A DNA stretch of 64,000 nt from Candidatus Woesearchaeota archaeon (lineage in GTDB: Archaea; Nanobdellota; Nanobdellia; Woesearchaeales; JAGWAF01). The notes under the pieces are model-generated. The model had not been told where the DNA came from and did not search any database. It saw nothing but the letters and a program-made list of their open reading frames with translations. Made by a program: the position numbers and the translations under genes. Location: the NCBI GenBank assembly GCA_018303205.1, contig JAGVYP010000066.1, forward strand, positions 4,706 through 68,705, given 5' to 3'. This document shows, piece by piece, positions 18,534 to 27,603 of the stretch. Position 1 is the stretch's first letter, and the number at the start of each line of letters is the position of its first letter.

Positions 18534-19979
18534 ATGACACTCAGTGTTTGTTTTCTGGTCAAGAACAAGGCTCAAAGGCTCGAGCATAGTCTGGGCTCTA
18601 TAAAGGGATTTGCAGACGAAATTATTGTCGTAGACACAGGAAGCACGGACTCCACAAAAACCGTAGCCTTACAGGCAGGTGCAAAGGTTATTGCTCACAA
18701 ATGGCATGACGACTATGCTGATGCTAAAAATGCAGCTTTAGCTGTAGCTTCAGGATCTTGGATTCTCTTTTTAAAAGCAGGAGAAACCCTTGCTGAAGTT
18801 GACAAAGAAAAAATTCTCAAAAAAATGCAACAAAAAGATGTTGCAGGATATGTTCTTGAAAGAAGAATGTACACCAGTAACAAAGACCATATGCGTTTTA
18901 TAGCATCAACAGGAACCTATGATGAAGAAAGAGGATATGCAGGATATCTTATTTTTCCTGTGCTTTCCCTCTTTAGAAATATGGATGGCGTTCAATTTGA
19001 AGGGAAGGTCTTCGAAGATGTCAAAGATAGCATTTTCAGAAAGAAAAAAGGCATTAAAGTAACAGACATTATTACCCATTACGTCGATGTAGAGGAACAT
19101 GATCATAAAAAACAACAAGAACGCATTGAACGCTATGCCAAGATCTGTCAAAAAGCAATGAAGGACGATCCACAAAATCCTCAGTATCCTTATGAACTTG
19201 GGCATATTTACAAAGTACAAGGAAACTTTGAAAAAGCAATTCCCTTATTCTTGAAAACAAAAGAACTTGGAAAATACAAACAACCTGAAGCTGAATTAGG
19301 AGACATTTACTTCAGACAAGGAAAAATGCTTGAAGCTCTTGACCTCTACGAAGAAGCCTTAAGAAAATATCCTGCGTATATTCCTACGTATCTTCAACTC
19401 GGAATTATTTATACGAAAAGAAAACGCTTTAAAGATGCTGTAGAAGTTTACAAAAAAGCATTAGAACGCGATCCTAAAAATCAAGTCGCATACCAAAACT
19501 TATCGGCTACACTCTTACAAGCACAAAATATCATGGGTGCAATGAAAATTCTCGATCTCGCTTATAAAGAAACCAAACTTGAAAAATTCAAAACCATCCT
19601 TGAAGATTTAAAAAACAAATTAGAAAAAAATGAAAAAATAAAAAACTTACTCAAAGAAGGAAAAACAGAAGAAGCAGGGCAACTGTTGAAAAATGATGTT
19701 GCACAAAATCCCGAAAGTATTCTTGCCCTTACCAACTTAGGAGCATTTTATTTTGGACAAAAACAATACGAAAAAGTGGTAGATTTGCTTTCACCTGTTC
19801 TTGAGAAAAATACGAGTACTGCAAATCATATCTTAAACATGTACAACAACGTAGCAACAGCCTATACCCATCTTGACGATACCAAATCAGCAATCAAAGT
19901 GCTCAAACAAGCACTTAAATTGAATCCACCTAACCAAGAATTCTTTGAAAAAAGAATAGAAGAGATCAAAGAGAAGTAA
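18534..19979 (+). CDS. GT2 glycosyltransferase domain fused to C-terminal TPR repeats (paralog)
   Basis: N-terminus LSVCFLVKNKAQRLE…IVVDTGSTDSTKTVA (GT2). C-terminus has multiple TPRs (…AIPLFLKTKELGKYKQPEAELGDIYFRQGKMLEALDLYEEALRKYP…). Confidence 0.7.
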   Translation: MTLSVCFLVKNKAQRLEHSLGSIKGFADEIIVVDTGSTDSTKTVALQAGAKVIAHKWHDDYADAKNAALAVASGSWILFLKAGETLAEVDKEKILKKMQQKDVAGYVLERRMYTSNKDHMRFIASTGTYDEERGYAGYLIFPVLSLFRNMDGVQFEGKVFEDVKDSIFRKKKGIKVTDIITHYVDVEEHDHKKQQERIERYAKICQKAMKDDPQNPQYPYELGHIYKVQGNFEKAIPLFLKTKELGKYKQPEAELGDIYFRQGKMLEALDLYEEALRKYPAYIPTYLQLGIIYTKRKRFKDAVEVYKKALERDPKNQVAYQNLSATLLQAQNIMGAMKILDLAYKETKLEKFKTILEDLKNKLEKNEKIKNLLKEGKTEEAGQLLKNDVAQNPESILALTNLGAFYFGQKQYEKVVDLLSPVLEKNTSTANHILNMYNNVATAYTHLDDTKSAIKVLKQALKLNPPNQEFFEKRIEEIKEK

Positions 19980-20014
19980 GACTTTTATAGTAGGATTCTT
20001 TACTTTCTAAAAAA

Positions 20015-20698
20015 GTGGTGATATTCATACAGAAGTTAGCATTTTTCTTTTGGTGTTTAGCGATTATCGCGCTACTTCTTTCAGCACACCTTTTTGTGCA
20101 AACCTTTTATTCCCTAGGATTTCTTTTCTTCTTCATCGCGTTTTTTCTTACACCACCCTTCTTCACTTTTCTGAGAAAAAAAAATATCCATCCTTCAGTT
20201 CCACTTATTTCAGTGCTTTTTCTCTTCATTCTTTTCACTAGTCCCTCTTATTTTCCAAACGCTTCTATCACCTCAGCGGTGGTCCTAGAACAAAATAAAG
20301 AACAAACTGAACTTGAATATCCAGAATCTTCATCTGCAACGTATGTCATCAAAGAATATCCCGGAAGTACAGTCATTCATCGATCTTCACCGCTTCAAGA
20401 AACTGAAAAAAAAGTCTATGTTCCTAAAAAAGAAATCCAAGTAAAAATTACTGATAAAGCTTTTATTCCCCAAAATATTACCATATCACGTGGCACTATG
20501 GTCATTTGGACTAATACAGATCCACGATTGCAAATTATTCATATTGTGAACACTACAGGAGGCTATACCAGCATTGCACGCAGTGGTCGTCTTGAGTTCG
20601 GAGACAGTTTTAACATGCGTTTTGATGTTCCTGGAGAATACCCTTACCGTGGTTTATTATTGAAAGCACCCGAAGGACATATCAGCGTAACACCATAA
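20015..20698 (+). CDS. membrane protein with C-terminal cupredoxin-like domain lacking obvious Cu ligands
   Basis: N-terminal TM helices. C-terminus …AFIPQNITISRGTMVIWTNTDPRLQIIHIVN… resembles a plastocyanin-like beta-sandwich but has no Cys ligand. Confidence 0.35.
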   Translation: MVIFIQKLAFFFWCLAIIALLLSAHLFVQTFYSLGFLFFFIAFFLTPPFFTFLRKKNIHPSVPLISVLFLFILFTSPSYFPNASITSAVVLEQNKEQTELEYPESSSATYVIKEYPGSTVIHRSSPLQETEKKVYVPKKEIQVKITDKAFIPQNITISRGTMVIWTNTDPRLQIIHIVNTTGGYTSIARSGRLEFGDSFNMRFDVPGEYPYRGLLLKAPEGHISVTP

Positions 20699-20711
20699 AA
20701 CATAAATACTC

Positions 20712-21443
20712 TTGTTCTTTCTTCTTTTTATGAAAACCATATTCCTGATCTCTCTCCTTCTTCTCTTTTTTTTAGTTTCCTGTATTTCTGATAAAGAAAA
20801 AACTATTTCTGTTGAAGAAAAATCAGAGATAAAACAAGCTCCCCAAGAACCTCTTGAAAAAAAAGAAATAGTTCCAGAAGAAAAAATAGATACACCTCCA
20901 ACTTATGTTAAAGTAGAAAATACAACACTGCAAATTATTGCGCCACCTACTCCTGAAAAAAAGGAAGTCATTGTAAAAGGAAACATTTTTACGTATGAAC
21001 CTTCACTTAAAGTATGGAGAACGTATCTTTCACGAGAAGGAATGAAACAAAACTTAACCTTTCGCTATACCCCCGAACAAGTAAAAAACATCGTTGTGAC
21101 GGGAACATTGAACAGTACTTTTGACAAAAGAAAAATTTTTATTACTTTTGATCCTTTGAATACGCATGACCTTGCCTTTGTCGCCTTAGCTGCTCAAGAA
21201 CTCTCTAGTCATCTCGCAGGATCATTTCAACGCATTCCTCTTTCTGCCTGTACTCAAGAAGCTGAGTCTTGCACAGACCTTGTTACGTGTGACGACAAAG
21301 ACAAAGCAGTGATTTTTCTGAATAACCAACCCGGTCCTCTTATTACACTTGATCACAATTGCTTAGTCCTTACAGGACAAGGAGAAGACATCATGAAAGC
21401 TGCAGAACGCATTATCTTCGACTGGTATGGGTATTATAAGTAA
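20712..21443 (+). CDS. lipoprotein-anchored extracellular protein, Cys-motif family (paralog 3 of 3)
   Basis: Lipobox LVSC. C-terminal SACTQEAESCTDLVTCDDKDKAVIFLNN…LDHNCLVLTGQGEDIMKAAERIIFDWY is homologous to the 11007 and 10417 proteins. Confidence 0.55.
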   Translation: MFFLLFMKTIFLISLLLLFFLVSCISDKEKTISVEEKSEIKQAPQEPLEKKEIVPEEKIDTPPTYVKVENTTLQIIAPPTPEKKEVIVKGNIFTYEPSLKVWRTYLSREGMKQNLTFRYTPEQVKNIVVTGTLNSTFDKRKIFITFDPLNTHDLAFVALAAQELSSHLAGSFQRIPLSACTQEAESCTDLVTCDDKDKAVIFLNNQPGPLITLDHNCLVLTGQGEDIMKAAERIIFDWYGYYK

Positions 21444-21960
21444 TCTTTTTATACATCTTCTTACTTACAAGATTATGAAGAAATTTAGCCCAGCAGAGAT
21501 ACAAGGGACAAGAGATTATTTTAGTGGTAAGGGGTTTCCTGTAGTATCTGCTACTGTTTTAGGTCATACTTTTTCCTATTTTGTACTTCCTCCTTCTCTA
21601 GAAACTAAGTTGCCTGATTTTGTTTTTCGTTGTACAGGAGATCCAGATAGGGAATAGGTACTAGGTATTTCGGATAGCGTGAAAGCAGAGTGGAGAAAAT
21701 TTGCCGTATTTCATGAGTATGCAGAATTTGTCGTTCTTGGTGTTGATGCTCCTGACAGATGTACTCATGCTTTGTCTTCAGAGATAACTGCTGTGCAAAG
21801 AGAAATGCTTGAAACTGAAAGAGTACCTTACTTTAGAATGAGGCTTGCCTTTTTCAGAAATTTAGTTCCTTATTGTAGTGCACAACCTGAACTGTATTCA
21901 CCTACAGATCTTGCGCAATTCAGAGCAAATGTTACTACGCTTGAAGGTTTAGTAAAATAA
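21427..21960 (+). pseudogene. hypothetical protein interrupted by a single in-frame TAG (21655-21657); ORFs 21427..21657 and 21679..21960 share one frame
   Basis: (21679-21427)=252, so both are in the same frame. The only stop is TAG at 21655. Local GC is higher than the surroundings. Confidence 0.3.
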
Positions 21961-21968
21961 TAAAAAAT

Positions 21969-22406
21969 CTATGCAAATCCTTGTACAGTGATGTGAAAAT
22001 TCAAATTCTTTCCAGCAAGCGGATGATTTAAATCCAAAACAACCGTGTTCTCTCTTATTTCTCTGATCGTTGCAAATAAGCGCTGTCCTTGAGGAGAAAC
22101 TAAAGTTAAGATTACTCCTTCTCTTAACGGAGCTTCTTTGGGTATTTTGTCTCTAGGAACTTCTTGCTTAAGCTCTTCTTTAGGCAATCCATATCCTTCC
22201 TCTGCTTTGAGAGAAATCTCTTTAGACTCTCCTTCTTTCATGCCGAGTATTGCCTCTTCAAATTTTTTCAAGAGTATTCCTTTTCCTATTTCTATCACTA
22301 AAACTTCTTGTCCTTCATTGCTATCAAACACGGTTTTGTCATCAAAATAACCTTTATAGAAAATCTTTACCTTGTCTCCCTCTTGTACCGTTCTTTGCAT
22401 TGCCAT
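21969..22406 (-). CDS. FKBP-type peptidyl-prolyl cis-trans isomerase (SlyD-like)
   Basis: MAMQRTVQEGDKVKIFYKGYFDDKTVFDS…: FKBP fold with an IF-domain-like insertion. Confidence 0.8.
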   Translation of the reverse strand: MAMQRTVQEGDKVKIFYKGYFDDKTVFDSNEGQEVLVIEIGKGILLKKFEEAILGMKEGESKEISLKAEEGYGLPKEELKQEVPRDKIPKEAPLREGVILTLVSPQGQRLFATIREIRENTVVLDLNHPLAGKNLNFHITVQGFA

Positions 22407-22569
22407 TTTTTTAGGGGAATATTTACTCTATATAAGTGTTTGCCCACTTTGTAATCTTCATGAATTCTTCTTTTATGTTTTCTTCTTTTTTTTTTAAGAA
22501 AAGAAAAATAGACATCAAAGAATATGGCATCTTAACAACATTTAAATAACAGAACTCTCTCAATAGACT

Positions 22570-23136
22570 ATGGCATTGATAACATTCTCAGAACTTCTTG
22601 ATCTTATTATCATGACTGTTGCAGTAGGTTTTATTTTCATGGATTTCTTTCCTCCACCCTCTAAAAAGGCTTACGATCCATTGCAAAAAATGAGCTCTTT
22701 TAATTGGCATGCTCTCTGGTTCGCGGTGATGATCACAGCTCCTTCAGTGATCTTTCATGAACTTGCTCACAAATTTGTAGCAATAAGCATGGGATTACAA
22801 GCAACATTCCACGCTGCTTATATGTGGTTAGGCATTGGATTAGTATTAAAACTCTTAAACACAGGATTTATCTTCTTTGTTCCAGGATATGTTTCTACTC
22901 TTGGGGCAACGCAAACGCAGCACGCAGTCATTGCTCTTGCAGGACCTGCTCTCAATCTTGTTCTTTTTTGCATCGCATGGATTGTCATTAAAACTACCAA
23001 AAAATTATCTCACAAACAACATCTTTTCTGGTCTATTACCAAACGCATTAATGGATTTCTTTTTGTTTTCAACATGATTCCTATACCAGGATTTGATGGA
23101 AGCCACGTGTTGAGAGGAATTTTAACGCTCTTCTGA
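22570..23136 (+). CDS. membrane zinc metalloprotease (site-2 protease/M50-like)
   Basis: HExxH (HELAHKF) embedded in a TM helix, multiple TM segments. Confidence 0.55.
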   Translation: MALITFSELLDLIIMTVAVGFIFMDFFPPPSKKAYDPLQKMSSFNWHALWFAVMITAPSVIFHELAHKFVAISMGLQATFHAAYMWLGIGLVLKLLNTGFIFFVPGYVSTLGATQTQHAVIALAGPALNLVLFCIAWIVIKTTKKLSHKQHLFWSITKRINGFLFVFNMIPIPGFDGSHVLRGILTLF

Positions 23137-23146
23137 ATTTATCACA

Positions 23147-23160
23147 CGAAACCTTTATAT
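23147..23160 (+). promoter_or_regulatory. candidate BRE/TATA (AAACCTTTATATAC) about 30 nt upstream of the pyrG GTG start
   Basis: TATA-like octamer preceded by a purine-rich BRE-like element at archaeal promoter spacing. Confidence 0.4.
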
Positions 23161-23188
23161 ACATTCTCCTTTTTCTTCATATCCCAGA

Positions 23189-24817
23189 GTGAAAGCAAAA
23201 TTTATCGTTGTTACTGGGGGTGTACTCTCAGGTCTGGGAAAAGGCGTGGTTACGAGTTCTATAGGAAATCTGCTCAAAGCGCAAGGCTACAAAGTAACTG
23301 CTATCAAATTAGACCCTTACATTAATGTGGATGCAGGCACCATGAGGCCAACAGAGCATGGCGAAGTCTGGGTGACTGAAGACGGAGGAGAAACAGACCA
23401 GGATTTGGGCAATTATGAACGTTTTCTTGATACGAATGTCATGAAAAATCATAGCATCACTACAGGACAAGTGTACAACACGGTTATTCAAAAAGAAAGA
23501 AACCTCGAATATAATGGGCAATGTGTTGAAGTTATTCCCCACATTCCTTTAGAAATTAAAAGACGCATTTTAGAAGTTACCAAACAAACACAAGCAGATT
23601 TTGTTTTATTAGAAGTTGGTGGAACCGTAGGAGATTATCAGAGCATCCTTTACTTAGAAGCTATGCGCGCACTCAAGCGAGAATTAAAAGACTTGCTCTA
23701 TGTCCATGTCGTGTACCTTCCTGTGCCAGGAAACATCGGTGAAATGAAAACAAAACCAGCACAACACTCCATACGCTTTCTCAATGAAGCAGGTATACAA
23801 CCTGATTATATCATTGCACGATCTACAAAACCCATTGATGATACGAGAAGAGAAAAATTTTCTTTCTTATGCAACGTAGATACTTCCTCAGTCTTTGCAG
23901 CACCTGATGTAGACAATATTTACCGTATTCCCCTTGTCTTTGAACAACAAGGTTTGGATAAGCATATCCTGAACAAATTTGGTTTACGCTATAAAAAAAA
24001 TAAGAACAAACTCTGGAAATCACTCATAAAAAAAATTAACATGCTCAAACAAGAAGTAAACATAGGCATCATTGGAAAATATTTTGATGTGGGAGATTTC
24101 ACCCTAGAAGATTCTTATATTTCAGTTATCGAAGCAGTAAAACACGCAGCTTGGGCCAATAATGTCAAGGCAAAAATACAATGGATTAATGCAAAAGATT
24201 TCGAAAAAGATCCGAAAAAAATAGAAACCTTACAACAGTATCATGGCCTTATCGTTCCTGGAGGCTTTGGTTCTTCAGGTGTAGAAGGTAAAATAAAAGC
24301 AGTACAATATGCTCGAGAACATAAGATTCCCTATCTAGGCTTATGTTATGGCTTGCAAATGGCAGTTATTGAGTTTGCAAGAAACGTCTGTGGTTTAAAA
24401 GATGCGCATACGACAGAGTTTAATCCTCACACAAAAAATCCTGTGGTTATCATCCTTGAAGGACAGAAAAAATTGCTTGAACAAAAACAATATGGTGCTT
24501 CCATGCGCCTGGGAACCTATGAAGCGTTATTAAAAAAAGAGAGTATGGTATCCAAACTATATAAAAGCAGCCACGCAAAAGAACGTCATAGACATAGATA
24601 TGAAGTCAATCCTGAATATCATTCTACCTTAGAACAACATGGTCTGATGCTCAGCGGTATGTCACCCGATGGCAAGCTTGTTGAATACATCGAATTACCC
24701 CATCATCCTTTTTTTGTTGCAACACAAGCACATCCTGAATTCACTTCAAGGCCTTTACGACCCAATCCTTTATTCTTTGGTTTTTTAGAAGCCGCGAAGA
24801 AAAAATTAAAAGAATAG
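23189..24817 (+). CDS. pyrG: CTP synthase
   Basis: N-terminal synthetase domain (FIVVTGGVLSGLGKG) and C-terminal glutamine amidotransferase (GLCYGLQ, catalytic Cys). 542 aa. GTG start. Confidence 0.9.
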   Translation: MKAKFIVVTGGVLSGLGKGVVTSSIGNLLKAQGYKVTAIKLDPYINVDAGTMRPTEHGEVWVTEDGGETDQDLGNYERFLDTNVMKNHSITTGQVYNTVIQKERNLEYNGQCVEVIPHIPLEIKRRILEVTKQTQADFVLLEVGGTVGDYQSILYLEAMRALKRELKDLLYVHVVYLPVPGNIGEMKTKPAQHSIRFLNEAGIQPDYIIARSTKPIDDTRREKFSFLCNVDTSSVFAAPDVDNIYRIPLVFEQQGLDKHILNKFGLRYKKNKNKLWKSLIKKINMLKQEVNIGIIGKYFDVGDFTLEDSYISVIEAVKHAAWANNVKAKIQWINAKDFEKDPKKIETLQQYHGLIVPGGFGSSGVEGKIKAVQYAREHKIPYLGLCYGLQMAVIEFARNVCGLKDAHTTEFNPHTKNPVVIILEGQKKLLEQKQYGASMRLGTYEALLKKESMVSKLYKSSHAKERHRHRYEVNPEYHSTLEQHGLMLSGMSPDGKLVEYIELPHHPFFVATQAHPEFTSRPLRPNPLFFGFLEAAKKKLKE

Positions 24818-25035
24818 TGATTGCCATTTCTTTTCTTGATTTCTAAATCCGTATTCTTTCCTGAGTTTTTTAATATGGTTTTGCAATGCATCAGCTTCTT
24901 TATCTGAACATAATCTTTTACCTTCCAAAATCTCTTTCCAAAATACGTTTGGGTTTCCTTTCAATTCTCTTTTTGTCATTTTTCAATATCTTCTCTCAAG
25001 GATAAATATATAAATCTATAAGCTTTTACTCATTT

Positions 25036-25599
25036 ATGAACCCAGCACTCCTTATCATAGACATGCAAAATGATTTTGTAAAAGAAAATGCTATTATGGA
25101 AGTTCCAGGAATTAGAAATCATCTTTTAAAATTCAAAAATTTTATAGTTCAATGTAGAAAAAAAGGAGTTCTTACCATTTATACAAGACATTGTTTTGAT
25201 CCAAAAAAAAATGCTATTGAGCTACTCTTATTTCCTCAGTTGAAAAAAGAAGGTTTACGAAGCGGAACCAAAGGCTGGCAAATCATAGATGAACTTAAAC
25301 CAGAAAAAAATGATATCTTCATTGATAAAACACGTTATGATGCTTTCTTTAAAACAAATTTGAAAACAATATTAGAAAAAAATAAAGTTGATACAGTTCT
25401 TATTACAGGTACAATGACTAATGTCTGTTGTGAATCTACAGCCAGAACGGCAATGCAGCATGATTACCATGTCCTTTTTTGTTCAGATCTTACATTCTGT
25501 GGCGATCAAGAAGATCAAAAAGCAACATTAAAAATAATAAAATCAAGTTTTGGAAAAGTAATGACTTCTCAAGAAATACTAACAGAGATAAAAAAATGA
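25036..25599 (+). CDS. isochorismatase-family cysteine hydrolase
   Basis: LLIIDMQNDF… and a catalytic Cys context (GTMTNVCCEST). Confidence 0.75.
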   Translation: MNPALLIIDMQNDFVKENAIMEVPGIRNHLLKFKNFIVQCRKKGVLTIYTRHCFDPKKNAIELLLFPQLKKEGLRSGTKGWQIIDELKPEKNDIFIDKTRYDAFFKTNLKTILEKNKVDTVLITGTMTNVCCESTARTAMQHDYHVLFCSDLTFCGDQEDQKATLKIIKSSFGKVMTSQEILTEIKK

Positions 25600-26252
25600 A
25601 TACCCAGGATATTCTCAAACAAACACAAGAGTACGTAAGAAAAGCATTAGAAAAAGACTCTTCTGGTCATGATTGGTGGCATATTTATAGAGTTTGGAAA
25701 AATGCATTACACATTGCAAAAGAGGAAAAAGCAGATCTGTTTATCGTACAAATGGCAGCTTTGCTCCATGACATCGGAGATCCTAAACTTCATCAGGGTG
25801 ATACTACTGTAGCTCCTCGTCTTATTACCTCCTGGCTTGACCAGATAGGTTTGGAAAAAGAGAAACAAAAAGAAATTTTGTATATCATTGAAAACATGTC
25901 TTTTGCAAGTTCATTAGAAAAAAAAGAAATAAAAAAAACAAAAGAGTTTTGCATCGTCCAGGATGCTGATCGTTTGGATGCTCTGGGCGCAATAGGCATT
26001 GCACGTTGTTTTGCATACACTGGCCATAAAGGAAGACTGATGCACGACCCTGAAAGAAAACCAAGAAAAACATTAACAAAAGAAGAGTATAGAAAAACTG
26101 AAACACCTGCAATTCATCACTTCTATGAAAAATTATTACTTTTAAAAGACAAGATGAACACAGAAACTGCAAAAAAAATAGCAGAGCAAAGACACGCTTT
26201 CATGGAAAAGTATTTAGCACAATTTTTTAAAGAATGGGATTGCAAAGCCTAG
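25596..26252 (+). CDS. HD-domain phosphohydrolase
   Basis: HD…D motif (AALLHDIGD, …QDADRLDALGA). Likely start ATG 25596 overlapping the upstream stop (ATGA); the ORF-track start at 25479 is inside the previous gene. Confidence 0.75.
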   Translation: MNTQDILKQTQEYVRKALEKDSSGHDWWHIYRVWKNALHIAKEEKADLFIVQMAALLHDIGDPKLHQGDTTVAPRLITSWLDQIGLEKEKQKEILYIIENMSFASSLEKKEIKKTKEFCIVQDADRLDALGAIGIARCFAYTGHKGRLMHDPERKPRKTLTKEEYRKTETPAIHHFYEKLLLLKDKMNTETAKKIAEQRHAFMEKYLAQFFKEWDCKA

Positions 26253-26261
26253 GGTTTACTT

Positions 26262-27548
26262 TTAGTAAGTATCTAAAACTCTACAATTACAAAGATCTTT
26301 GCTATCAAAAGTAGTCAGGTCTCCTGCTTTTAATCCTGGAACAGGGAAAAGTCTGACCATTAAAGGTTTATTTAATCGAAAAGCTAATGTTCCCGTATCA
26401 CGCATGAGCGAAGCTATCTTATCAACACTTGTATCTCCCGCAATCGGCACGGTATCTAATCCAATACCACATACAGCGCTATTCATGAGTAATGAACGAA
26501 TATCAAATTGTCTTTTTTCAGTTCCCAATGCTAGTCCTTTGTCTTCTGTTAAAGCCAGCATTAAACCAGAAAAACCAATAAGATTAACTTTTTTAATTGA
26601 CTTAAAGAGTCTTGTTAAAAATGCTGAAGTTTCTATCGTTCCTGCCGCACCAAAATATTCCACTCCCAAAAGATGATACAATTCACCAAGAGAGGTACAC
26701 TCTTTTGATGGTGCTGCTGAACTATCAATTCCTAAAAAAGTAAAAGATTTATTTTTTGAAAAATCAAGTGCGAGTTTCACTATAAAATCAGCATGGTACT
26801 GTAAAGCAGATTTCATAATTGCAAATGCTTCTTTCCTCGTTTCGTTATGATTTTTTTGAACTTTATTTTTATGTAGTCCTAAACATTTCAAAGCTTCTAC
26901 AAGTAAATCAGGTGTTTCAAATCCTATAGCAAAACAAGATCTTTGTTCAGATCTGTGGTAACTTGGTGGAAAATAGGGGATATAAGATGGGCAATTATAG
27001 TTTACACAAAAATTAAAATTACCTTGCCCATGAGGAGTACTCTTGGAAATTTTTTTTACTATCTTAGCAGAAGCAAGAGTTAAGGTATTGTCAGGAACCC
27101 CGAGTTCGTCTATAGGGATATTAATACATGCATTAGCTAAATCTCCTTGTACTTTGATTAAAGATGGTAGAACAGACAAGTCTTGTTTATTGCGAGCTTC
27201 ACCAATAGCAAATCGGATACGGGTTTTTGGCATTTTGTTTGATTGTAATACCCTTTTAAGGATAGACATTCTTCTAAGAGCTGCTTTTGAAGAACTCGTA
27301 TCTAAATATTCTCCGTAAGGATTGGTAACCATACGCAAACTTTGCACGGTATATCCTTTTTTCTTAATTTTTTCAGAGAGATTATTACAAAAATCTGCGG
27401 CATCAAAAATAATTTTTTCCCATTGTGTGTTGTCTTTTCCTAAAGTTATAAATGATGTAATCGTGCGTACTTTACACAAATTTGGATTTTTGAGAGATTC
27501 TTTTATAGATATGTCTTTTTGTTTAGGCATGGATTCTTCCTCCCTCAT
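26262..27548 (-). CDS. UPF0210/COG2848-family protein
   Basis: N-terminal VRTITSFITLG matches the characteristic IRTIT motif of UPF0210 proteins; about 420 aa, as typical. Confidence 0.6.
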   Translation of the reverse strand: MREEESMPKQKDISIKESLKNPNLCKVRTITSFITLGKDNTQWEKIIFDAADFCNNLSEKIKKKGYTVQSLRMVTNPYGEYLDTSSSKAALRRMSILKRVLQSNKMPKTRIRFAIGEARNKQDLSVLPSLIKVQGDLANACINIPIDELGVPDNTLTLASAKIVKKISKSTPHGQGNFNFCVNYNCPSYIPYFPPSYHRSEQRSCFAIGFETPDLLVEALKCLGLHKNKVQKNHNETRKEAFAIMKSALQYHADFIVKLALDFSKNKSFTFLGIDSSAAPSKECTSLGELYHLLGVEYFGAAGTIETSAFLTRLFKSIKKVNLIGFSGLMLALTEDKGLALGTEKRQFDIRSLLMNSAVCGIGLDTVPIAGDTSVDKIASLMRDTGTLAFRLNKPLMVRLFPVPGLKAGDLTTFDSKDLCNCRVLDTY

Positions 27549-27603
27549 TCTTTTTTTATAGTTTGTCTATACTCTATTATAAATTTATACGAAATCTTTA
27601 CAA

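Noticed and set aside
25479-25595. ORF-track start of the HD-domain gene at 25479
   Set aside because: That extension lies inside the isochorismatase-family gene in another frame. ATG at 25596 overlaps the upstream stop in a typical ATGA junction.
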